A stretch of 64,000 nucleotides of DNA from assembly GCA_001179505.1 (NCBI GenBank), contig CDMY01000759.1:186001-250000 (forward strand). The letters are read 5' to 3'. How positions within the stretch are numbered: position 1 is the stretch's first letter; each line of letters opens with the position of its first letter. The DNA comes from Vitrella brassicaformis CCMP3155. Lineage: Eukaryota > Protista > Chromerida. A program made the position numbers and the translations under genes. Of the stretch, positions 34,492 to 48,058 are shown in pieces. Below the pieces are notes generated by a model, which did no database searches, had not been told where the DNA came from, and worked only from the letters and a program-made list of their open reading frames with translations.

Positions 34492-36048
34492 CTACTTCTT
34501 CCTCCTTGGCCGTCTCGCATTGGCCCTTCTCTTCCTGCCGGTCCCTTTGCCCCCTCCTGCAGATGGTGCCCCGCCCCCACCATCAGCCGTCACCAGCTCA
34601 AACATGCTGTCGCCTCCCCCGCCCTTGCTGGCCGCCTGCTGCTGCTTTTGGCCCTTGGTCATCTCAGCGAGCATTTTCCTGCTCTGCTCCTCGATCAGCC
34701 GCTTCTCGGCCGCCTCCTTCTCCGCCCTCTCCCTCATCAAAGCGCCCATTCTCTCTTCCAGAAGACGTGCCTGCTGGGGATTGTAGCCGAACAATGCGTC
34801 GACATAGTTCTCGGCATCGAAGTCTCGGAGGTCCTCCAGCTTCTCCCCCACACCCACGAGCTTGACGGGCAGGTTCAGGTCCCGAACCACCGACACGACA
34901 AAGCCCGCGCGAGCAGTGCCGTCGAGTTTGGTGACCACCAGGCCGGTCACCCCGATGTCCTCCTGCCATATGCGGGCCTGCTCCACCGCATTGCGGCCGA
35001 TGGACGCGTCAACCACCAGGAGGATCTCTGCGGGGGCGGCAGGGAGTCTCTTGGACGTCACTTTGACCATCTTCTCGAGCTCCTCATTCAGATCGACGTT
35101 GTTGGCCAGCCGGCCGGCGGTGTCGACAATCATAACGTCGTAAGGCAGCCTGCCGGACTCGTCTGGGAGAGGAGTCAGCGCCTCGTCCAGGGCGGCCTCG
35201 ACCACCTTCCATGGCTCCGTTTCCCCCTCCTGCGGCCTGTGGATGTCCACTTGGGCGCGGTTGGCCCACTCCTCCAGCTGGTCGACTGCTGCTGCGCGAA
35301 AGGTGTCGCAGGCGGCGACGAGCACACGCTTGCCCTCACCCCGCAGCCGAGCCGCCAGCTTGCCGATGGTGGTGGTCTTGCCCATCCCGTTGGCACCCAT
35401 GACCATCCACACAGTCAGCCCGTCAGGGCTGTACCGGAGCGCACTTGGCGACTCGGTGGTCTCGCCCTTGTCTGTCCCCATGCGCAGCACCTCCAGTATC
35501 TTGCCTCGCAGGACCATCTTGATGTCTTCAGGGTCGATCTTCTCGCCCCTCGCCGTCGCCCGCAGATCGGTCAGGATGTCGGCTGTGGTGGCCGTGCCGA
35601 TATCTGCTGACAACAGGATCTCCTCGAGCTGCTCGAGCGCCTCCTCCAACTCGAGGTTTACCATCCCGAAGAGGCCGGAGAGGCTCGCCAGCAGCCGGTC
35701 TCGCGACTTGCTGAGCCCCTCTTGGAACTTCTGCAGGTTCTCGCCCACCTTGGAAAGCTTGTCAATGTCCTCCTGGGCCTTGCGCTGGATGAAGTCGAGA
35801 ATCATCGATGGCTGGTGGTGGGTCGGCCGCCGGGCGTAAGGGCGGGTGGCACGCCGTCGTGGCAATGGGTTGTGCCGGGTGTGCCATCCGCGATATGAGG
35901 GCAGCGGGGCGATGAAAGATGGAAGGTGGGATGAAAGGGTGTAGAGGGAGCTCACTGCTGATATGGCTGATGCCACTGCTGCTGTCCAGAGGAGGAGCAG
36001 GACGCTCGAGAAAGGCAGCATCGCCATGGGATGCTGTCGAATGCACAT
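34492..36048 (-). CDS. ftsY: Chloroplast signal recognition particle receptor cpFtsY (intronless)
   Basis: Single 518-aa ORF with bipartite leader; NG domain motifs LEEILLSADIG, GANGMGKTTTIGKLA, DTFRAAAVDQL, DTAGRL, TKLDGTARAG, VGVGEKLEDLRDFD. Confidence 0.95.
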   Translation of the reverse strand: MCIRQHPMAMLPFSSVLLLLWTAAVASAISAVSSLYTLSSHLPSFIAPLPSYRGWHTRHNPLPRRRATRPYARRPTHHQPSMILDFIQRKAQEDIDKLSKVGENLQKFQEGLSKSRDRLLASLSGLFGMVNLELEEALEQLEEILLSADIGTATTADILTDLRATARGEKIDPEDIKMVLRGKILEVLRMGTDKGETTESPSALRYSPDGLTVWMVMGANGMGKTTTIGKLAARLRGEGKRVLVAACDTFRAAAVDQLEEWANRAQVDIHRPQEGETEPWKVVEAALDEALTPLPDESGRLPYDVMIVDTAGRLANNVDLNEELEKMVKVTSKRLPAAPAEILLVVDASIGRNAVEQARIWQEDIGVTGLVVTKLDGTARAGFVVSVVRDLNLPVKLVGVGEKLEDLRDFDAENYVDALFGYNPQQARLLEERMGALMRERAEKEAAEKRLIEEQSRKMLAEMTKGQKQQQAASKGGGGDSMFELVTADGGGGAPSAGGGKGTGRKRRANARRPRRKK

Positions 36049-36286
36049 GCTGCGAACGAAACTATACCACCAAATCGCTGTTTCACCTCTTGCTGCTCAC
36101 AGCGCTCTCTTCATATGCAGTCCAGCGACGTCTGCTGAAGCTTTTGCAGATCTGCCAGCTCGTGCGGCGTCGGGGAGATCGTGAAACCGAAGCAGGTCAA
36201 TTGCGAGCTTAGATGTTACAACGCTGCGGCTGCGTCCATAAAAGCGTCGGTCAACGCAGCAGGGAGCATTCGTTCAGATCCTATCG

Positions 36287-38430
<2,144 letters not shown>

Positions 38431-38816
38431 ACAGACACTGTGTGTTGTGTGTCTGGCCGTGCCGTGACGGGAGGAGGGGGGAGGCTGGTTGCCGCGTCAG
38501 GCAGACATATCGGCTTGTGTATATCGATGGGCACGTGTCGGTCGGGGCTTTTTCGTCGAGAGAATGGCAATGAGAGAGTGGAGACTGGACTGCTCGATTG
38601 TGTTGACAAGGTCACCTTGTCAAGAGGACATCTCTCTCCTTCTGTCGGTCTGTCTGGGCTGCATTCATACTTCATTCATCCATCCACTCATTTACCGCCG
38701 TACCCACACATTAGCCATGAATGCGATCTCGCTGGGGCGACTGAACACACACAGACATACCAACAAAGTACAGAAGAGCACAGGCCAAGCGAACACGTGT
38801 GCCGCGCTCCTCTCTC

Positions 38817-39839
38817 TCACCTGCTGTGTGCGAGAGTGTCAATCAGGTCGCCACGAGCCGTTCGAATGAAAGATGTCCTCAGCTGTGTGGCCCCCGGCCC
38901 GATGGTTGTCGACGGCCGAACCCTGGTCGCTGTCTTGTCTGTCCCCAGCGGAACAGACACCGTCTTCTGCGTGTCTGATGCCGGCGCCTTGTGCTGCTGC
39001 TGGTCGTCTTTGTTGAACGCCTCTGCCAGCACCTCCTGAGTGCCCTTCTCCTTCTGTTCGTCTTTGTCTTTGTCTTGGGGTGGCTGAGAGACTTTGGGAA
39101 GCACGGGTACAGTGGATATGCGATGGCGGGGGTGTGATGTGTGGGCCCTTCCTGGCTCCGCCGGGATGGCCACTGTGAGCGTCCGCATCGACATGTAGGC
39201 CGCCTCCTTGCCATCGTACTTGTGCTGCACAGAGAGAGAGTCGCTCGCTCGTGAAAGGGCCATATGGTACTGTATGGATGTGTGGCAGTGTGTGTCTCGC
39301 CTTCTTACCGCCAGCGTGTTGAAAAAATTGATCTTCTCGCCGGACTTCAAGGCGGGCCTGACCCATCCAGCCATCCAACCATCCAAGAGTCGATGCTTCC
39401 CATGGCGTCTCTCTGTCGGTGTCTCAGTCGCTGACTCACTCACTCACTCACCGCCAATTTGGTTTCTTGAATGTCTCCAAGAGCCGTCCAATGGCTGGCG
39501 GGACGCCCTTCTTACTGCGGAGTCTGTATTCCTTCGTTCGCCAGAAGAGGCCGGGGCACATGGTCGACTGAACCGCAGAACTGAGAGACGACAAACAGAC
39601 ATGGGCAGCAGACGCAGACGCAGGCAGAGTGGGAGTTGGGGGAAGGCGTCTCCCGCACAGTTTCTACCTACCTGTCTGCGAAAGGTCTTGCACTGTGTGC
39701 CATACTAAAGAGACAAACAGGCAAGCGACAGTCTGGGCGGGAAGGTCCTGTCAAGCCATACTCTTTCTACCTACCTGTAAGCGGCGAAGTCCAGCGGCTC
39801 CTTGCCGGCCTGCAGTTTCGCTCTGCTGTAGAGGTCCAT
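38817..39839 (-). CDS. Hypothetical protein (multi-exon; may extend further 5')
   Basis: Exons splice in frame: MDLYSRAKLQAGKEPLDFAAY|SMAHSARPFAD|...LETFKKPNW|RPALKSGEKINFFNTLA|HKYDGKEAAYMSMRTL... No family recognised. The first ATG is preceded by an AG acceptor. Confidence 0.45.
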
Positions 39840-40284
39840 CTGCAGTGCAAACAGACACAAATCGGTGTGAGCACAGGAGGGATGAAGTTATGTGGCATTG
39901 CAGCGTGGCATTCTGCATTGCAAGCGCCCCCTGTTTGTGCCGCTTCCTCTCCGTGCCTGCTTGGTGCGGTGCTCCCTCTCGCCATCGGACCACTGTGCAA
40001 TGGGGTCGGCAGCTAGCAGAAACGCCATGGTGAGGGGCTACGTCTTATTTTCTTCTCCTTCTGCAGATCGGGGTGGGGACCGAAGGGAGGCCAAGTGATT
40101 TGGGGACAACGCTGGCGTCTTTGGCGACGTTCTCGAGTGGCCGTCCCGGTGTGATGGTTCACGTGGAAGACCTTGCAGACATCAGCAGAGGCTAGAGGGT
40201 CATTCCGTTTACGCTCATTGGCTAAGCTCGCAGGCTGGATCTGGCTGTGAAGCAGGCTCTGCAAGGCACCTTGTGGATAGCAGA

Positions 40285-41276
40285 ATGAAGGTCGTGGCCC
40301 TTCTCGCCTTGACGGCCGCCACGGCCGCCACCGGCTTCGTCCCTGCCCCACTCTCAAGGTGAGCTAATGCAGCCAGCGCCCTGATAAGCCATTCTGTCGC
40401 TCATTCGTCCCTGTGTGTGTCATCTGATTGTTCTGCAGGTCTCCTTTGCGGAGCCTGAAGGGCGGCATCGCTCCGGCGTCAGAGACCGCGACCAATGCCG
40501 TGCCTCGCGTGATGATAGACCAGGAGCACCCCAGCGACCACCTGCAGGGCAACATCCTGGTCAACTCTGACATCACGCAGGCCCTCATGTCCACCATCCC
40601 GTGCTACCGCAAGGGCCTCCCGCCCGGATGGGCAGGTCTCGAGATCGGGATGGCACATGGGTACTTCCTCTATGGGCCCTTCGCGTACGGCGGCCCCTTC
40701 AGGAACGCCGACAACTTCAGGGAGATCGGCATCGCCAGTGCGAGCGCACTCATCTTCTTCATCGGCTTCCTCCTGCTGGCCTACGGCGGCGCGCAGAACA
40801 ACGCCTACCTGATGAACCCGGGCGACGCGTGGGTCACCAAGGGAGCGGTAAGCGACGCGGAAACAGCTGTTCCTGTGGTTGCTTTGGCTTCGTTGATTCC
40901 TTCCTTGCCGTGGGTGTGGTTTATGTGCAGGACGGCAAGATCACGTGGAACCAGGAGGCGTCAGGGTGCAGTGGCGTGGGCAAGCTGCTGATCAAGCAGT
41001 CCGACAAGACCGGCGGCCTCTTCTTCACCGACCCTGCTGACCCCAAGCAGCTGGAGAAGGTACGCACACACAGCAAGGTCTCTGCAAATCTGTCGATCAT
41101 GTGTGTGTGCGTGTATGTGTGTGTGTGACTGTGATGCGTGCTATCAGGACTGGCGCAAGTTCTGCTCCTGGTTCACGATTGGTGCCCTCGGCGCGGCCTC
41201 GTTCGCCTACTTCGTGTCGAGCCAGGGTGCAGGCTATGACTTGAGCGCTGGTTCCGGCTTCCCGTTTGCGAGCTGA
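40285..41276 (+). CDS. psaL: Nucleus-encoded photosystem I subunit XI (PsaL) with bipartite plastid leader
   Basis: MKVVALLALTAATAATG|FVP leader; CYRKGLPPGWAGLEIGMAHGYFLYGPFAYGGPFRN is the PsaL core; last exon DWRKFCSWFTIGALGAASFAY; 3 introns. Confidence 0.9.
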
Positions 41277-41773
41277 ATGGATGCAAGGACGAACAAGCAA
41301 ACAGCCAGCCAGGCAGCCCGTGTGATGTGCAGTAGACTTCCGGTGAGTCAGCGTGCTCACTGTTTTTCGTCTTTTGAGAGGACCAGGGAGCGTGTGATGT
41401 GATGTGAAATATAAGGGGGTGACGAGAGCGTTACGTGGAAGAGAGGGCGACAGAGGTGTCGGAGCGGTGCGCTGCCGGCTTTTCAACTGGCTGTGACCGC
41501 TGCGACACCTCTGTTGTCCTCGCTTCTGTATATACGCTTGAGCCCTGTGAAGTGAGGCTGGTGTGACTACTCTAGACTACGACCCACTATGAAGGAATTT
41601 TTGCCGAAAGTGCGTGCCTCTCATCATATCCGATCATGTACCCGTCAAACCAGTCACACATTCAAGTCCGACACACCACACGCACGGCACGCTGCAGAAG
41701 GTCCACCCATCCCTGACTATCCCTCGATCGGTCAAAGCACACAACACCACAGCACAGCATAGGAGGGGCAGCG

Positions 41774-43075
41774 TCATAACTCGTCATCGAATATCTCGCT
41801 GAGAGAGAAGAATGGGATGGGGAACGATCCCTCGCTGGGCGGCCGGAGCTTCCGCGTGAACCAGTTCAGTCCCCTGTAGAGCGGGATGCTGAGCCGCTGA
41901 TATTCCAGCACGCCAAGCGTCAGCAGTGCGCCCCAGATGGCCAGTGCGTAGAGCCCCCTGCCGGCCGCCACACCCAGAGCTGCTGCCACCCATATGCCTG
42001 GTGGACACCAGCATGACATGACATGACAAGACATGGCAACACATCACAGCAACAGGGGACAAGCAAGCGCTTTCTCTTCCCCCGTGTATTTCGCATTGAT
42101 CCATTCACCCACAAACTTACCTGCGGCAGTGGTGATGCCCCTGAGAGCGATCTTTCCCCCCGGCTCGACGTTCCAAGAGCCATCAATGATGCCGGCACCG
42201 ATGAACCCCACACCCGACGCTACTTGTGCTGCTATCCGTGCCGGGTCGCCCCCCACTGAGGCGAAGCTCAGACTCGCCAGCGTGAAGACGGCCGCGCCGA
42301 CGGACACCAGTGTGGTGGTGCGAATGCCCGCCGGCCGCTTGGACGAGAATCGCCGCTCGATGCCAATCACAGCCCCGACAGCTCCCGCCACGGACAGGCG
42401 GCATGTCATCTCCAGCTCGCGCCTCCAGTCGATGAACATGGTCGGCTCGAGGAAGCGGAACAGCAGAGAGAAGATAAGGGAGCTGGTCGACAGCATCGCT
42501 ATCAGCACGATCTGGGAGAAGTTGTCGAACCGCGAGCGCTCCTTCTCCCTCATGGCGTCCATGGCCTGGGCTGCCGCGCCGTAAGGGCCGAGCGCCTTGT
42601 AGTCTGGGGGAGAGTGAGGTGGAGGCTTCACGCTGTTGGCCGTGCCTTTGCTCTTGGGGGCTTTCAGCTCCTCCACTGCCTCGCTCGGCACGTTGTCCAG
42701 CAGACTTGTGCTGTGACAGCGGGTCATTGCGGACCGTCGTAGAGGCCGAGGTGGAAAGAGTAGAGGTGAGCCGTCACGTTGCGGCCGTGCCTGGTGGTCC
42801 CCAAACAGACCTCCTCTCCGTGGCCGCCTCGCCGTGAGTGCATCATCATCACTGGACAGACTCATCAGTGGCCGTGTCGGTCTGTTGCGATGGGTCCTTG
42901 CCTGGATCTCTCGTGGGTGTCGGCGCAACGGCGCGACGAAGGACGGCGGCCTCGCTTCATGGATGAGTCTTGCTGTTCTGTCTGGATGCAAGCACGGGCC
43001 TCCAGACGATGAAGCAACCGGGCTTGCCTGCAGCAGTAGTGGCTGGTACAGCGTCATGGATGCCGTCATGCTCAT
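41774..43075 (-). CDS. MgtC/SapB family membrane protein with long N-terminal extension
   Basis: RLSVAGAVGAVIGIERR...PAGIRTTTLVSVGAAVF...DPARIAAQVASGVGFIGAGII...GITTAA|GIWVAAALGVAAG is the canonical MgtC N-terminal domain; one intron. Confidence 0.9.
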
Positions 43076-43303
43076 CGGAGGGCGAGCTTAGCTTGGCTGC
43101 GAGCTTAGAGTGAGCGAACAAAACCACGACTGCTTGGTGAATCAGAGAGCCAAGCAGTGCACGCAGCAAAAGGTGATCGACAGGAAGGATGGAAGAGTGA
43201 ACTATTGATTTTTCGTTCGACGCGTACGTACCACCAAGTGGCGATGGTGTTCTGACACGTGGAGCCCTGTGTCTGTTTGTCACCACCTGAGCTGTGAGAT
43301 AAG

Positions 43304-46300
43304 ATGGCCAACACGATCGTGGATTTCGCCTCCCGCGTGTGGAAGCACCTGCTGAACCGCGGCTTTGACTTCTTCACGGCTCCCGAGCTGGAGCACAACG
43401 TGGCCTGGCTGGTGCAGAAGGCGCTGGACGCCGCCACCCTGGTGCAGGAGTCGGGGTGGCAGTGGCAGACCATCACACTCACTCTCGTGACGCTCGTCGT
43501 CGTGAGCATCCTCTTTGCTCTGGTCTTCTGGCGGCACCGGGCGCTGTACTATAACCAGTTCTGGGGACTTGCCAGGGCCGTCCATCAGTGGAAGTAAATA
43601 GTACGCACACACACACACACACCCCTGCTCACATAGAGGGAGAATCGGTGTGTGTGACTGTCTGGCGCCTTGTTGGTTGTGTTGTGTCATGGTCCTTCCT
43701 TGCTGCAGCGTGTTCTCAACGTCGTCTCAGCCCAAGTACTGCAATGTTTGCCGCCGGCTGATCAGCGGCTTCTGGATCTTCCGCAACACCGGCTGGGAGT
43801 GCCAAGTCTGCGGACGGTGCGCACACCACAACTGCATCGCTGGTACACACGCACACACAACCACGTGGGGGCACACTCAACCCAGCCGCCCACCCCAGCC
43901 ATGCACTCACTGCATTGTGTCTGTCTGTTCTGTAGACTGCGAGAAGTTCCACTGCAAGACGCCCTGTCTGCACACGCCTCTCCGCCACGTGTGGGTGGAG
44001 GGCAACCTCGCCACCGACAGCGTCTGTGCCGTGTGCGGCATCATCTGCTCGTCGAGCTTTGCGCTGAGGGGCCTGCGGTGCCTGTGGTGCAACAGGACCA
44101 TTCACGAGGAGTGCAAGGGACAGGCCGACGAGTACTGTGACCTCGGGAGGTTCTGGCGCATCATGCTGCCCCCAAATGCCGTCCGCTTGGCGCCCAGTAC
44201 GAGCAGCAGTGCCAGGATGTCTGGGGCGCTCGAGAGCTCGTCAAAGTGAGCTGAGCTTTGCCTTTGAACCTTCAGGCAGACACACACACTTACACACGCA
44301 CACGTGGGGCGTATACAGAGGATGGATCATGCAGAATGGCTGGCTGACGTGTGTGTCGTGTGTGTTATGTGTAGGTATATGGAGAAGATGGGGACGCAGC
44401 TGAAGGAGAGCCTGAAGGAGGTGCAGGAGGCCATGAGCACCGGGCTCAAGGAAGGCATCAAAGAGGTGTGTACTTTCTCCGTGCAGACGGACAGAGGGAG
44501 GGAGGGAAGGGGAGTGAAACACCACACCCACAACCGTGTGTGTGTGTGCATTCATTTGTGTGTGCAATCAGGTGTCCCAGGGGATGAAGCGCATCAACGA
44601 GGCCATCAGGAAGCGGTTCAAGCGGAAGCAGAAGAAAGGCCGAATACGAGACGGCAACAACCAGAACGTCCCCACACCGCCATCCGGGTGGGTAGTGAGC
44701 ACACTTACACACACATCCAGGCCAGGTGTCTATTCTATGCGATGTCCAATCCACCTCTCTCGTGTGTCCATGTGATGTGTGTTGATTTGATCTCCCTGTG
44801 GCCCCACAGTGACAGCCCCCTGATGCCGACCGCCGAGAGCGGCGACTCCTCCCCCACCAGCAGCACCATCAGACAGAGATCTCAGTCCATTCCCTCTGGG
44901 TGGATACTGTCCACACCCACAATGCACCGTACCCGCCATCCACACACACTCACTCATGTGTGTGTGTCATTATCCGTCAGCATGCCGTCCGATGACGACC
45001 CCTCGCGCATCGCCAGGCGGCCCTCGAGCGACGCTGCCGCGCTCATCACCGACTCCACAGCCACTGGAGCGTCGCGCCCACGAGCCGCCACAACCAACAG
45101 CACCGAAAGAGGCGGCGGCGGCAAAGGTACCTGACCTGAATGCCCACGATGAGCACGGGAAGGCCAGATAGAAGTGTGTGTGTGCAGGTGGTGGTCGGCC
45201 GTCGTCCGTGTTGAAGGGCACCCCCAGCCGGCCGGCAGAGGGGTCGGGTGCCGTGGGCTGGTTCGCTCAAGGGAAGAGCGGGGCGCCCAGGGAAAGAGAC
45301 AAAGACAGACAGAGGGAGGACCACGACGTCGAGACCACCACTGGTAGGTACCCACACACCCACTCGCCCAGACACCCATCCCTCTCTCTCTCTCTCTCTG
45401 CCCGTGTCTGTCTGTTTCTCTGTGTGCCCACCACCAGGTCACTCCAACAGCTCTGGCAGCCCAGCATGGAGCACAGAGGAGCCGAGGGAGGCCACGTCGG
45501 CCACACAGCCACACCCGGCACAGCAGCACCGGCCCCCACCGGTGAGCATCAGCAGTGGGGCTGGGCAGCCCGACCAAGAGCAGCGTGGCAAGGGCTCGAG
45601 CGAGCCGACGACACCTTCTGTGCCTCCATCACAGACGCAGCAACGAGGTGCGCACTCGGTGGTGTGTGTCTGTCTGTCTGCAGCACATGTGTGTGCGTGT
45701 GTACAGCTTCGTGTATGTGTGTGTGTGTGTGCGGTTAGCTGCGGGTGCGTCCGAGCCTGTGTCGGCATCGTCAAGCAGTGTAGAGACCAAGAAGAAGAAA
45801 CAAAAGATGATCGAGCTCGCCAAGAGCCTACCGGTGAGTCAGTCAGTCAGTGAGGCAATGCGGTGTTTTGTTTTTTTGTCTGTTGATGGGATGGCTCTGT
45901 GTGTGTGTGTGTCTGTCGGTCAGGCCAAGGCCAACGTGTGGGAGATCGACGCGAGCGCCGTGCCGCCCTCTGTCACACCTGTGCTCGTGTTTGTCAACGC
46001 GAAAAGGTCAACACACACACACACACTTACACACAGAGCAATCAGACAGATAGCCATGTGTGCGTGCGTGTGTGTGTGTGTGCGCATGCAGTGGTGGCCA
46101 GCTGGGCGCGTCGCTGCTCAGCGAATTTTTCCGGCTCCTCAACCCAGTCCAGGTAGCTACACACACACACGCACACCCTTGCACACTGTGCATGTGTGTG
46201 TTTGGCTGTCGGTGTGTCTGTCTCTCTCTCGGTGTGGATGGCTGCGGTGCAGGTGGTCGACATCCAGGCGGAGCGCGGCCCGCAGCGGGCACTGCTGCAG

Positions 46301-48018
46301 TTCAAGCCGCTGGCCGACGCCAACCAGCTCAAGATCATTGTCTGTGGGTACGTCGGTCGGGACACAGGCGTCAAAGTGTGCTTGTGTGCATGTGTGTATG
46401 TGTGTATGTGTGTATGTGTGTGTGGGGGGGTGCCTTGAGCGATGCAGTGGTGACGGGACGATTGGCTGGGTGATGGACGAGATGCTCAAGCTCTACGGCA
46501 ACTCGCCCGAGAGGCACGTCCCCGTCGCGGTGCTGCCTCTGGTATGGTTGGCAGACGCTCATCATGCACAGTCTGACACACACGCTCATACTCATGTGTG
46601 TGTGTTTGTGTGTGTGGGGGGGGGNNNNNNNNNNNNNNNNNNNNNNNNNNNNNNNNNNNNNNNNNNNNNNNNNNNNNNNNNNNNNNNNNNNNNNNNNNNN
46701 NNNNNNNNNNNNNNNNNNNNNNNNNNNNNNNNNNNNNNNNNNNNNNNNNNNNNNNNNNNNNNNNNNNNNNNNNNNNNNNNNNNNNNNNNNNNNNNNNNNN
46801 NNNNNNNNNNNNNNNNNNNNNNNNNNNNNNNNNNNNNNNNNNNNNNNNNNNNNNNNNNNNNNNNNNNNNNNNNNNNNNNNNNNNNNNNNNNNNNNNNNNN
46901 NNNNNNNNNNNNNNNNNNNNNNNNGGGGGTGGATATCTGTTTGTTGCCCTGCGCAGGGCACTGGCAACGACCTGGCGCGTGTGTTGGGCTGGGGGGCCTC
47001 GTTTGACGGCGACATCGAGAAGATGCTCGAGAAAGTCCTGACGTCGCGGCTCACAGTGCTCGACAGATGGGAGGTCACCGGTGCGCGTTCATCGACACAG
47101 ATACACACGCTGCGGCGGTGTGTTGGTTCGTATGCACGTTGTTGATGTGTGGCTGTGGGTGTGGGTGTGGTTGTGCAGCGTATGACGACAAGGAGCGTGA
47201 GCTGTTCTCGACGACGTTCAACAACTACATGGACGTTGGCATCGCCGCAAGAGTCGCCCTCAAGTTCCACCAACTCAGAGAGGGACACCCGAACCTTTTC
47301 CAAACACGGGTACGTCACGCCCATCCCACATATCCCCCTCGCACACACGTGTTCCTCCGTCCGTCATCAGTTCGGCAACAAGCTGATCTACGCGCAAGTG
47401 GGTTTCCAGGACGTGTTCATCGACAAGCTGGTGGACCTGCGGTCGGTCAAGATCGTGTGCGACGGGGAGGAGGTCATCTTCCCCGAGGCCCACCTGGAGG
47501 GCATCATCCTCGTCAACATCCCTTTCTTCGCCGGCGGCGTCCCCATGTGGCGAACCACACAGTCGCCCACCGACACACACGGACCTCCCGGCCCTGAACA
47601 CCTCACAGGTACGTACGGTGGTCCCCTCTCTCTCTCCCATCCCATGATGTGTGTGTGGATGGATGGATGGATGGATGGGTGCAGGGATGGGCCGCCGGTC
47701 TGTGTCGTGGTCGTCGGGTCTTGCGCAGGCGGGGGGTGGCGAGCATGGCCTGGCGCACACGCAGCATGGCAGCGGTGCCGACGTCATGGGCGGGTCGCGG
47801 CCGTCGCCCTTCCCCAATGCGCCCAGGGCGTCACAGCAGGGCTGGCAGAGTACGTCTGACAGAAAGATGGACAGACACACGGGGGGTGGTGCAGACACGT
47901 GTGTGTGTGTGTGTGTGTGTGCAGATGAGCGTGGTCTGCACGTGAGGCCCTCTGTGGTTGAGGAAGAGTCCGACATCGACTTTGACGACGTACACACACA
48001 CACATACGCACACATACG

Positions 48019-48058
<40 letters not shown>

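Noticed and set aside
34648-35610. 320-aa plus-strand ORF antisense to cpFtsY
   Set aside because: Shadow ORF expected from GC-rich codon bias; no recognisable motifs. The same applies to the antisense ORFs over GNAT (54241-54909) and M13.
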